Shown here piece by piece: positions 37,658 to 46,351 of a stretch of 64,000 nucleotides of DNA. The position numbers and the translations under genes are program-made. Origin of the DNA: Candidatus Woesearchaeota archaeon (GTDB lineage Archaea > Nanobdellota > Nanobdellia > Woesearchaeales > DSVV01); contig JACPTB010000006.1 in NCBI GenBank assembly GCA_016192995.1, positions 5,687-69,686 on the forward strand, given 5' to 3'. The notes under the pieces were generated by a model. That model was given only the letters and a program-made list of their open reading frames with translations. It searched no databases and was not told the DNA's origin. The number at the start of each line of letters is the position of its first letter. The first letter of the stretch is position 1.

Positions 37658-38221
37658 ATGAACAAATTAACCAAGTCAATTTTCATAGATAGGGATGGAG
37701 TTATTAATGAAGATGTTGGCTTTGCCCATAAAAATCATGAGCTTGTATTTATTCCCCGTTCCTTGCAGGCATTAAAACTTCTTGCAGCGTCAGATTACAA
37801 AATATTTATTGTTACCAATCAGCCGGTTATAGGAAGAGGTATGTGCAGTGAAGAAGAATACTTAGAATTTGAAAAATACCTTCTAAAACAGATCAAAGAC
37901 GCAGGCGGCAGAATCGATAAATGCTATTATTGCCCTCATCATCCAACAGCAGGCAAAGGGAAATACCTTCTTGATTGCAGTTGTCGCAAGCCAAAACCGG
38001 GTTTGCTACTCCAAGCAAAGAAGGAATTTAATATTGATATGCAGCATAGTTTTATGATCGGTGACAAACGCAGCGACATAGCAGCAGGAAAAGCAGCTGG
38101 TTGTAAAACCATCCTTGTTAAAACAGGTCATGCTGGAGAAGGCGGCAATACTGAACAAAAAATTACACCAGATTATATTGTTGATGATTTATACGCAGCC
38201 ATACACAAAATAACTTTATAA
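37658..38221 (+). CDS. gmhB: D-glycero-D-manno-heptose 1,7-bisphosphate phosphatase (HAD)
   Basis: 187 aa. Motifs seen: IFIDRDGVINED, VTNQP, CSCRKPKPGLL and MIGDKRSDIAAGKAAG. Confidence 0.85.
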   Translation: MNKLTKSIFIDRDGVINEDVGFAHKNHELVFIPRSLQALKLLAASDYKIFIVTNQPVIGRGMCSEEEYLEFEKYLLKQIKDAGGRIDKCYYCPHHPTAGKGKYLLDCSCRKPKPGLLLQAKKEFNIDMQHSFMIGDKRSDIAAGKAAGCKTILVKTGHAGEGGNTEQKITPDYIVDDLYAAIHKITL

Positions 38222-38243
38222 ATAATAACAACATAACAATATT

Positions 38244-38405
38244 ATGAGCGGTAATAAAGGTTTGTTAGGAGAGTTATGGGATTTTCTTAAAATAAGGAAA
38301 ATGTGGTGGCTTGCGCCTATTATAATTATGTTGATATTAGTAGGTATCTTAATAATTTTTAGCCAAAGCAGTGCAATTTCTCCCTTTCTTTATGCATTAT
38401 TTTAA
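38244..38405 (+). CDS. 53-aa single-TM protein, DUF5989-like (not in the supplied ORF track)
   Basis: My hand translation is MSGNKGLLGELWDFLKIRKMWWLAPIIIMLILVGILIIFSQSSAISPFLYALF. From memory, this matches the small family that accompanies NodU-type carbamoyltransferases. Confidence 0.55.
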   Translation: MSGNKGLLGELWDFLKIRKMWWLAPIIIMLILVGILIIFSQSSAISPFLYALF

Positions 38406-38450
38406 AATAACAGGTTAAACTTTATAAACCTGTTATTTGTTTCAGGCAGT

Positions 38451-38654
38451 ATGGAGTTTGAATCAACAGATGCCTATGAAAAAACAGGAATGTATCTTGG
38501 TTTTCTGGTAAGTTATCTTATCTTTACTACCATTCTTTATGGACTATTATATTTTCTTAAAAAACTCCCCTTATCATGGTCTTTTGTTCATATCGGAAGC
38601 ATAACCTTGGTAATTGCAAGTGTAGGGTTAATCATACGGTGGTTGTTAAAATGA
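38451..38654 (+). CDS. Small 2-TM membrane protein
   Basis: 67 aa. Its stop overlaps the next start (ATGA at 38651-38654). Confidence 0.4.
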   Translation: MEFESTDAYEKTGMYLGFLVSYLIFTTILYGLLYFLKKLPLSWSFVHIGSITLVIASVGLIIRWLLK

Positions 38655-38902
38655 GCAATTTTAAATTATTTTTTAGAGGTTTTAAAAAAGGTACAACATT
38701 GTTTGGCTATACTATCGCAGGAATAGTAAATACTCTATTGTTGATGATAGCCTATGTTCTTGGAGTAGGTATAACTTCTATTATTGCAAAGATCTGTAAA
38801 AAGCATTTTTTAGAATTAAAACTTAACAAACAGGCAAAAACATATTGGCAGGATTTGAATCTTAAAACAAGCTCTCGTGAGGAATATGTAAGGCAATTTT
38901 AA
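38651..38902 (+). CDS. Small membrane protein, possibly SxtJ-like
   Basis: 83 aa from MSNFKLFF, with one or two TM segments. It lies directly upstream of the carbamoyltransferase. Confidence 0.4.
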   Translation: MSNFKLFFRGFKKGTTLFGYTIAGIVNTLLLMIAYVLGVGITSIIAKICKKHFLELKLNKQAKTYWQDLNLKTSSREEYVRQF

Positions 38903-38917
38903 AGAGGCGAATAATAA

Positions 38918-40678
38918 ATGTATATTTTAGGAATAAGTTGTTATTATCATGATGCGTCAGCAGCATTATTAAAAGACGGCAAAGTAGTTGCAGCTGCAGA
39001 AGAAGAACGTTTCACCAGAAAAAAACATGATAAATCATTTCCCATCAATGCACTCAAGTTTTGCTTAAAAAGCCAAAATATCTCTAGTAAAGACATTGCA
39101 TTTATTGGTTTTTATGAAAAGCCGTTGTTAAAATTCGAACGGTTGTTAAGTCAGCATCTTGAATGTTTTCCATTAAGCTTGAAAACCTTCTTAAAATCAA
39201 TGCCGCAATGGATTACTTCTCGGTTAAGAATCACAAAAACAATAAAAAAGAACTTGCAATATACGGGCGATGTTTTTTTTGTCGAGCATCATCTTGCCCA
39301 TGCAGCAAGCGCTTTTCTTGTTTCGCCGTATGAAAAAGCAGCGATTGTAACTATTGATGGCGTAGGCGAATGGTCAACAGCAACATTTGGGGTAGGAAAT
39401 AAAAATGAGATTAATTTAATCAAAGAGATAAGATTCCCCTCATCGCTTGGTTTATTATATTCAACGATCACAGCGTATTTAGGATTCAGTGTTAACAATT
39501 CAGAATACAAAGTAATGGGTTTAAGCCCTTATGGAGAAATGAATAAAGAAAAAAATGTGTATTATCCCAAATTAAAGCAAGTTATTGACATTAAAGAGGA
39601 TGGAAGCTTTCGTTTGGATATGGATTATTTCAAATTTCATTTCAGTGATAGAATGCCCTCCAAAAAACTCTGCATGCTTCTCGGCAGTAATCCGAGAAAA
39701 GGATATGAAGAAGTTACGCAGCGTCATAAAGATATTGCTGCAGCATTGCAGTTGATTACTGAAGAAGTCATGACTAAAATACTGCATCATGTTCATCAAG
39801 TTACTAAGGAAGATGCGATAGTTCTTGCAGGAGGGGTAGCCTTAAACAGCGTTTACAATGGGAAAATTCTAAAGACTACGCCTTTTAAAAAAATTTGGAT
39901 TCAGCCAAATGCTTCAGATGGTGGAACAAGTATTGGTGTTGCAGCATATGTCTATCACACAATTCTAAAACACAAACGCACTTTTGTTGAAAGTTCAGCG
40001 TATCTCGGGCCATCGTATACTGATGAAGAAATAAAACAATTTCTCGATAATAATCATATTAAGTACACAGCCTTTTCTAATCAAGAACAGTTAATAAAAA
40101 CAACGGCAAAGTTGATTTTCGAAAACAAGGTTGTTGGTTGGTTTCAAGGAAGTATGGAATGGGGTCCAAGAGCTTTAGGGAGCAGGAGTATTTTGGCAAA
40201 TCCCTGTAATCCCAAAGCAAAAGAATTATTAAATGAAAAAGTAAAACATCGTGAGAAATTCAGACCTTTTGCGCCAGTAGTTTGCGAAGATGAAGCATTA
40301 ACCTATTTTGACTGTGATGAACCGATTCCAGAGCCAACAGATTATATGTTGATGGTGTATCCTGTTAAGAAGCAATGGCAAAAGAAAATTCCTTCAGTAA
40401 CTCATGTTGATGGGTCGGGAAGACTGCAAACTATTCGCCGCCATCAGAATCAGCTGTATTATGATCTTATTAAAGAATTTGGAAAACTCTCAGGTATTCC
40501 CATTTTAATTAACACGTCTTTTAATATTCGCGGAGAACCAATTGTCTGTACACCTTATGATGGTTATAAATGTATGATGGGAACAGGAATAGATTGTCTT
40601 GTCATTGGGAAATTTCTCGTCAAACGGGAAGATAATTCTCAAGACAAATGGGATAGTGAAAAATATGCAACTGATTGA
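38918..40678 (+). CDS. Carbamoyltransferase (NodU/CmcH family)
   Basis: 586 aa. Motifs seen: MYILGISCYYHDASAALLKDGKVVAAAEEERFTRKKHD, VEHHLAHAASAF, WGPRALGSRSILANP and TSFNIRGEPIV. Confidence 0.9.
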   Translation: MYILGISCYYHDASAALLKDGKVVAAAEEERFTRKKHDKSFPINALKFCLKSQNISSKDIAFIGFYEKPLLKFERLLSQHLECFPLSLKTFLKSMPQWITSRLRITKTIKKNLQYTGDVFFVEHHLAHAASAFLVSPYEKAAIVTIDGVGEWSTATFGVGNKNEINLIKEIRFPSSLGLLYSTITAYLGFSVNNSEYKVMGLSPYGEMNKEKNVYYPKLKQVIDIKEDGSFRLDMDYFKFHFSDRMPSKKLCMLLGSNPRKGYEEVTQRHKDIAAALQLITEEVMTKILHHVHQVTKEDAIVLAGGVALNSVYNGKILKTTPFKKIWIQPNASDGGTSIGVAAYVYHTILKHKRTFVESSAYLGPSYTDEEIKQFLDNNHIKYTAFSNQEQLIKTTAKLIFENKVVGWFQGSMEWGPRALGSRSILANPCNPKAKELLNEKVKHREKFRPFAPVVCEDEALTYFDCDEPIPEPTDYMLMVYPVKKQWQKKIPSVTHVDGSGRLQTIRRHQNQLYYDLIKEFGKLSGIPILINTSFNIRGEPIVCTPYDGYKCMMGTGIDCLVIGKFLVKREDNSQDKWDSEKYATD

Positions 40679-42089
40679 AAATATGATCTATACAAAATAT
40701 TTATTTAACGCGTTGAAAGTAAGCATCGTGTTGCTAGGAATATTTCTTATTATAAAATCATTAATTACTCCTCTTGAAGTTGGAACAAAATCACTATACT
40801 TGCTGTTGGTTGTCTTTAAAGGAATTGTTTTTTTAATGGGTTTTTTCCTTACAGGGATAGGAATAGCATCATTATTGTTTGCCCAACATTGGTCAGGCTT
40901 TGTAGAGAGGAAAAAAGAAGTAATAAAAAATCTTTTCACGTTGTTGATTGCCTGCGTTGTTATCTTTTTTATGATGGAAGGTTTTTTAAGAATAATAGAT
41001 TTTCTAGAACCTCGCAGTGTAGAAACCTACCGAACAACTGATGATGTTATGCATCATGCGTTTCTCCCTAATAGTTCAGGGGTATTTACTACCCCTGAAT
41101 GGAATGTATCATACAAAATCAATAGTTTGGGATTGCGTGATTATGAATATGAACTTTATGAATTTGATAACCAAGAAAAACAGAGGACAAGAATTCTTAT
41201 GTTGGGTGATTCGTTTATTGAAGGTTATGGCGTTGAACTTGAGCAAAGTGTTTCAAAAGTGCTGGAAAAGAAATTAAACAAAAATCAATTAAGTAAAGAC
41301 AAAAAATACGAAGTAATTAATGCTGGAGTCTCAAGTTATTCGCCTATCTTAGAGTATCTTTACCTTAAAGAAAAGGGTCTTAAGCTGAAGCCGGATATTA
41401 TTATTCTTAATCTTGATCTTCTTGATGTGAGCAATGATGTTGAATACAAAAGCAAGGCTCTCTTTAATGAGCAAAAAAAGATAATTGCAGTTCCTGGGAG
41501 CAAACATGAACAAGCAGCTGTAGAGAAAGGCGTGATAGGAACACTGTTCTCACTAAAAATAATACAAAAAACAAAAAATCTTTATGACCATCTGCTTTTT
41601 TACAAATTTCCTTTTCTGTTTAATAAACGGTTTAATAATGCAATTAAAACTAAAAACATTCTTATTGATCCCTATGTAATTTCACGGACTGATAATATAA
41701 TTGAGTTTAAGGAAGAGATTGATATCACTAAACAATACATTCAAGAAGTAGCAGCTCTTTCAAAAAGCAACAATATTACTTTTATCCTGCATATTTTTCC
41801 GCGTCCTCATCAAGTCAGCGCTACTGAATGGAAAAGCAGAACTTTGAATGGATTTGATCTTGGGGAAATTTATTCAACAAAAGTTCTTGAAGAGTTTGAA
41901 GTATTTGCAAGAGAGAATAACATTCTCGCAATTAACTCAATGGATTATTTCAAAAATACCACTGAGCATGGTGTTTTCTTTACCTATGATTATCATTGGA
42001 CAGAAAAAGGTCATGAAATTGCAGCTCAGGCATTATATGAATACCTTTATAAAATCACGTCTGTTTCTTTAAAACATGTACCAAAATAA
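40665..42089 (+). CDS. Membrane-anchored SGNH/GDSL-like hydrolase or acyltransferase
   Basis: It has N-terminal TM segments, then LMLGDSFIEGYG (a GDS block), and a C-terminal DYHWT. Its start overlaps the carbamoyltransferase stop. Confidence 0.55.
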   Translation: MQLIENMIYTKYLFNALKVSIVLLGIFLIIKSLITPLEVGTKSLYLLLVVFKGIVFLMGFFLTGIGIASLLFAQHWSGFVERKKEVIKNLFTLLIACVVIFFMMEGFLRIIDFLEPRSVETYRTTDDVMHHAFLPNSSGVFTTPEWNVSYKINSLGLRDYEYELYEFDNQEKQRTRILMLGDSFIEGYGVELEQSVSKVLEKKLNKNQLSKDKKYEVINAGVSSYSPILEYLYLKEKGLKLKPDIIILNLDLLDVSNDVEYKSKALFNEQKKIIAVPGSKHEQAAVEKGVIGTLFSLKIIQKTKNLYDHLLFYKFPFLFNKRFNNAIKTKNILIDPYVISRTDNIIEFKEEIDITKQYIQEVAALSKSNNITFILHIFPRPHQVSATEWKSRTLNGFDLGEIYSTKVLEEFEVFARENNILAINSMDYFKNTTEHGVFFTYDYHWTEKGHEIAAQALYEYLYKITSVSLKHVPK

Positions 42090-43020
42090 AAAAGTTTGTT
42101 TAGTAATTCCTGCTTATAACGAAAAAAGATTAATAAAACCAACCCTAACTCATGTTCCAGATACTATTGATAGAATCTATGTTATTGATGATGCTTCTAC
42201 TGATGGGATGGGAGATGTTGTTAAAGAAGTGATGAAGAAAGATAAAAGAATTTCTCTGATTCAGCATAAGAAAAATAAAGGTGTTGGTGCAGGTATTATT
42301 ACAGGATATAATTATGCTCTTAAAGAAGGTTATGATATTGCAGTAGTTATTGGCGGAGATTATCAAATGGATTTAGGGGATTTGCCGAATTTTTTAGATC
42401 CTCTGATTAATGATGAAGCAGATTATACAAAGGGAAATAGGTTTTTGTACGCAAAAGGGATTCCTGACGTTATGCCAAGTCATAGATTATTTGGAAATTC
42501 AATGTTATCATTAATGACTAAAATTGCTTCGGGGTATTACAAAGTGTTTGACACCATGGATGGGTACACAGCAATTAATAAAAAAGCCTTAGAAGTTGTT
42601 GATTGGAAAAATGCTTGGAAAGGATATGGGTATCCGGCAGAATTTCTTATTAGATTAAATGCTTATGGATTAAAGGTAAAAGATGTTCCTCGACGGGCTA
42701 TTTATTTAAAAGGTGAACGACAGTCGCAAATTAAGGTAGTGAAATATATGCTGAAAGTAATGCCTATGCTGATGAGAGGTTTTTTTTGGCGTTTAGGAAA
42801 CAAATATGTTTTGCGAGATTTCCATCCCCTGGTATTCTTTTATATTATGGGTTTAATGCTTTTTCCGTTAGGATTATTATTAGGGTTTTGGATAATGTAT
42901 CGTTTAACCTTCAATTTGGGTATTTCTATTAATTGGGCAATTTTATGTGCATTATTAGTGATAACAGGTTTTCAATCAATTCTTTTCGCAATGTTTTTTG
43001 ATATGGAACAAAGCAAATAG
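42076..43020 (+). CDS. GT2-family glycosyltransferase with C-terminal TM segments
   Basis: 314 aa. Motifs seen: CLVIPAYNE and YVIDDASTDG. Confidence 0.8.
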   Translation: MYQNKKVCLVIPAYNEKRLIKPTLTHVPDTIDRIYVIDDASTDGMGDVVKEVMKKDKRISLIQHKKNKGVGAGIITGYNYALKEGYDIAVVIGGDYQMDLGDLPNFLDPLINDEADYTKGNRFLYAKGIPDVMPSHRLFGNSMLSLMTKIASGYYKVFDTMDGYTAINKKALEVVDWKNAWKGYGYPAEFLIRLNAYGLKVKDVPRRAIYLKGERQSQIKVVKYMLKVMPMLMRGFFWRLGNKYVLRDFHPLVFFYIMGLMLFPLGLLLGFWIMYRLTFNLGISINWAILCALLVITGFQSILFAMFFDMEQSK

Positions 43021-43032
43021 GCGAGTAATAAA

Positions 43033-43608
43033 TTATGGTTTATTACCGCTTATTTGCTTTGTTCCAATATATAACAGTTGATACCGCAAATTTCGCGGAA
43101 TTGGCAGGGGAAGATAAGGAATGCCTTCTCGTCTGATAATTTTCAATCCGCAATAATGAAACATCCGGTCAAGCATCCGGGGAGTAAAATGGTGGAGATG
43201 AACTTCTCCGCTGTACAATCCATATTCACGTTGAAAGTAAAATCGTTTGATCATGAACAGATCACAGAAAAAAATAGGAAGATAGCAGGAATTAGGTGTG
43301 GTAATAATAACACGCCCTCCTTTTTTCACAACGCGTTTGCATTCTCGTAAAAAGGCAAAAGGATTTTCAAGATGTTCAAGGATTTCTCCTGCAACAACAG
43401 TGTCAAAAGTATTATCTTTGAAAGGAAATTTTTCATGAACATTGTGTGATACTAATTTAATATAATTGCTCGGTAGTTTAACCTTATCATTTAAATCCAT
43501 GCCAATGACGTTTTTAAGATAAGGATTAGGGTTTGCAGCGCAACCAATATCAAGCACGTTGCCGGAAGCATAACTCCCTATTCTTTTTAACCTAATTCTT
43601 TCATCCAT
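43033..43608 (-). CDS. Class I SAM-dependent methyltransferase
   Basis: 191 aa. Motifs seen: VLDIGCA, FDTVVAGEILEHLENP and KKGGRVIITTP. Confidence 0.75.
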   Translation of the reverse strand: MDERIRLKRIGSYASGNVLDIGCAANPNPYLKNVIGMDLNDKVKLPSNYIKLVSHNVHEKFPFKDNTFDTVVAGEILEHLENPFAFLRECKRVVKKGGRVIITTPNSCYLPIFFCDLFMIKRFYFQREYGLYSGEVHLHHFTPRMLDRMFHYCGLKIIRREGIPYLPLPIPRNLRYQLLYIGTKQISGNKP

Positions 43609-43631
43609 TCTCTAGCAAAATAAGGTATGTT

Positions 43632-44945
43632 TTATATATTTTTATGAGTGGAAGGAATAATTTTACTACTTTTTATAGACAAATATCCTACCATAAACAA
43701 AAATGCAATAATAGTTGCAACTATAGCTCCATAGAGTTCAAATAAGGGAATAAGGAGCCAATTAAGAGCAATATTAATAACAGCTGCGATAACAATGGCA
43801 ATCGTAGCATAACGAGAGCCAGGTAAGCTGGTAGCATTAAAAAAAGAGGCATATAAATAATAAACAAGGCTAATGGTTGCCGATAGGGTAAAGAGAAGAA
43901 TATACCATATATTGTAAGGATATTCTTTTCCAAACAATAAAACCAATAAACTGCTTACTATTCCGATAAGAAGATACAGTCCAGGAAGGATTCTGAACAA
44001 CTTATTAATTCTCTCCCAGATATTCTTTTTATCCCTTGTAGTTGTTTCAGGAAAAAGGATCGTAGTAAAAACACTGACAAATAGCTCGACAAAGATCATG
44101 GTTCCAAGATAATAAACTTGATATAATCCTAATGCTTTGCTTCCAAGGAAATAATGGACAAAGACATTATCAATATAAGTTAAAATCACAATAGAAATAA
44201 CACTTAGTCCATTATAACTTCCGTAAGTAAACAATTTTTGCATAAGAGGATAATTCCATGACCATTTCCATAAACGAAAAAAATCAGGAATAAGGAGGGC
44301 AAAGGAAAAAATGTATCCAGAAAATAACGCAATTATTGACGGAAGTAGCGAATAATTCTCAAAATAAAAAAAGACTACCATAATAACTGCAAAAGCAATA
44401 AGAGATCTTAAAAGTACAATGTTAGTGAGGAGATAATATCTTTTTAATCCCTGCGCTACATGCCGTGCAAAGGTAAATAAGGTGTTTCCAAGAGCAAGGA
44501 GGATTGCAAATATAAACAATGATTTATCAATGTTAAGGACAGTTGAAATCTCTTGAGAAAGAATATAGAACAGCGCTGAAAATAAAACAGTAAACAATCC
44601 AACAATAATAGTAGAATTACTAACAATTCTAGAAAGTTCTTTATGATTAGTTGTTTCTGAAGCATATTTTGTCAGACTGACATTAACTCCCCATAAGAAT
44701 GGCACAAACAAGAATGAAGCAATAGTTTGCACAAGCGTTAAATCGCCAAATAAGCTTGCTCCTAAAAACCGCGCAGTTACCAACTGGAAAAGAAATGCAA
44801 AGAGTCGAGAAAGACCAAATCCTATAAATACAAAGCTCATGCTTTTACCTAAGATCAGGGCTGTTGATGATGGTTCTTCCCCAAAAATAAGAAAATACGC
44901 TTTTCTCAACAGAGAATCCAACGGTTTCATCCACTTGTTTTCCAT
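43632..44945 (-). CDS. Wzx-like polysaccharide flippase (MOP superfamily)
   Basis: 437 aa with about 12 TM segments. Confidence 0.7.
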   Translation of the reverse strand: MENKWMKPLDSLLRKAYFLIFGEEPSSTALILGKSMSFVFIGFGLSRLFAFLFQLVTARFLGASLFGDLTLVQTIASFLFVPFLWGVNVSLTKYASETTNHKELSRIVSNSTIIVGLFTVLFSALFYILSQEISTVLNIDKSLFIFAILLALGNTLFTFARHVAQGLKRYYLLTNIVLLRSLIAFAVIMVVFFYFENYSLLPSIIALFSGYIFSFALLIPDFFRLWKWSWNYPLMQKLFTYGSYNGLSVISIVILTYIDNVFVHYFLGSKALGLYQVYYLGTMIFVELFVSVFTTILFPETTTRDKKNIWERINKLFRILPGLYLLIGIVSSLLVLLFGKEYPYNIWYILLFTLSATISLVYYLYASFFNATSLPGSRYATIAIVIAAVINIALNWLLIPLFELYGAIVATIIAFLFMVGYLSIKSSKIIPSTHKNI

Positions 44946-44990
44946 AGAGGTTATAAATTGAATGTGCTTTTAATGTTTTATCGTTTTCAA

Positions 44991-45156
44991 GGCTTCGTCG
45001 AAAAATAAGGTTAGCGCCCTCAGGTCGAAACTCTTCACAGTAACGGTTTAAAGAGGTCAGAGGGACGGCTCCTTCGGAGCGTGACCGTTTATGCGATTGA
45101 AATATGCAAAGTTTCGAAGGCGCTAACCTGGCGACAGCCATTTTTTGGATGAAGCC
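44991..45156 (+). mobile_element. GC-rich 166-nt rod-like element, copy K (divergent member of the palindromic superfamily; stand-alone ncRNA not excluded)
   Basis: Five nested helices are visible: 44991-44999/45148-45156, 45009-45018/45119-45128, 45025-45031/45111-45117, 45042-45047/45084-45089 and 45068-45072/45076-45080. The terminus GGCTTCGTCGAAAAAT resembles that of E. The second stem GGTTAGCGCC/GGCGCTAACC resembles that of B, F and G. A right-arm-only bulge is present, and the core GTCAGAGGGA resembles GCCAGAGAGA. TTTTCAA occurs at 44984-44990 and 45159-45165. Confidence 0.55.
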
Positions 45157-45212
45157 CATTTTCAATCAGTAAACTATATATAGGGTAGTTTAGCACTAAC
45201 AACTAAGAATCG

Positions 45213-45241
45213 AATTAAAATAAATTAAAATAAATTAAAAT
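45213..45241. repeat. Tandem repeat (AATTAAAATA) x 2.9 in a promoter region
   Basis: Read directly from the sequence, 19 nt upstream of the ATG at 45260. Confidence 0.7.
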
Positions 45242-45259
45242 CTTTTAAAAGGGAATGAG

Positions 45260-46351
45260 ATGTTCAAAGTTGTTACTGTTGTAGGAACAAGGCCAAATTT
45301 CAATAAAGAAATGCTGATACACAAGTATCTTATAGATGCAGGAATAACGGAAATTATCATTCACACGGGTCAGCATTACGATATTGAAATGAGTAAAGTA
45401 TTTTTTCAAGATTGTGATTTACCTGAACCAGATTATAATTTAGAAGTTGGGTCTTTAAGTCATGCAAAACAAACAGGACTTATGATGGAGAAAATAGAAG
45501 AAATTCTCCTCAAAGAAAAGCCAGACCTAGTCGTAGTGTATGGTGATGTTAACTCAACTATGGCTACAGCATTAGCAGCAGCAAAATTGCGAATCCCTAT
45601 TGCTCATATTGAGGCTGGGCCGCGAAATAAAATGCAATACATGCCTGAAGAAATTAATAGGGTGGTTACTGATAGAATTTCAACCTTATTATTTGCTCCA
45701 ACAAAAGAGGCATACAATAACCTGCTGAAGGAAAACTATGCTCGTGAAAATATTTTTTTTACTGGTGATATTCTCAAAGATAATCTCTTGTATATTATGA
45801 AAAAACACCATATTGAATGTATACCTTCTGCTAAAAGTACGTATCTTCTTGCTACAGTCCATAGATGTGAAAATACTGATGTTCGAGAAAATATTCAGGA
45901 AATCATAGAGGGGTTTATAGATTCCAAAGAAAAGATTATCTTCCCTCTTCACCCAAGAACAAAGAAACAATTAGAGCGCTTTGGTCTCTTTGAAAAATTG
46001 AAACAAACGCCAAACATAGAACTAAAACCTCCGTTAGGCTATGTTGAATTTGTAAAATATTTAGCTGGCTCAAGAAAAGTACTGACAGATTCCGGCGGTG
46101 TTAGGAGAGAAGCATATATGTTAGGCAAGCCCGTGATCACAGTTATTAGTGAAGACGGTGAGTGGTGGCCTGAAATTGTTACTGCAGGCTGGAATAAAAT
46201 TACTGGTCCAAATAAAAAGAACATCATTGATGCTATCAAACATTTTGACCCAACATCATTGCCACAGCCAGAAATTTTCGGTGATGGAACTGCGGCAAGA
46301 AAGATTGTTAACATTATTATTGATTTTCTCAAAAACCATGGTAAAAAATAA
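45260..46351 (+). CDS. wecB: UDP-N-acetylglucosamine 2-epimerase (non-hydrolysing type)
   Basis: 363 aa. Motifs seen: VVTVVGTRPNFNK, HTGQHYD, VYGDVNST, HIEAG and PEEINR. Confidence 0.85.
   Translation: MFKVVTVVGTRPNFNKEMLIHKYLIDAGITEIIIHTGQHYDIEMSKVFFQDCDLPEPDYNLEVGSLSHAKQTGLMMEKIEEILLKEKPDLVVVYGDVNSTMATALAAAKLRIPIAHIEAGPRNKMQYMPEEINRVVTDRISTLLFAPTKEAYNNLLKENYARENIFFTGDILKDNLLYIMKKHHIECIPSAKSTYLLATVHRCENTDVRENIQEIIEGFIDSKEKIIFPLHPRTKKQLERFGLFEKLKQTPNIELKPPLGYVEFVKYLAGSRKVLTDSGGVRREAYMLGKPVITVISEDGEWWPEIVTAGWNKITGPNKKNIIDAIKHFDPTSLPQPEIFGDGTAARKIVNIIIDFLKNHGKK

Noticed and set aside
44991-45156. The GC-rich structured region as a tRNA, SRP RNA or RNase P RNA
   Set aside because: It has no D or T arm geometry (no GTTCGAATC-like loop). 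It has no SRP helix-8 GGAA/AGCA-type motifs and no RNase P CR-I/CR-V-like GAGGAAAGTCC / ACAGAA blocks. Its termini, second stem and right-arm bulge match the palindromic element superfamily instead. An apparent UUCG tetraloop turned out to be a 3-nt TTC loop on recounting.
44845-45165. The 106-aa ORF on the minus strand
   Set aside because: It lies across the structured GC-rich element and overlaps the flippase start in another frame. Its composition is driven by the palindrome. I judge it spurious.
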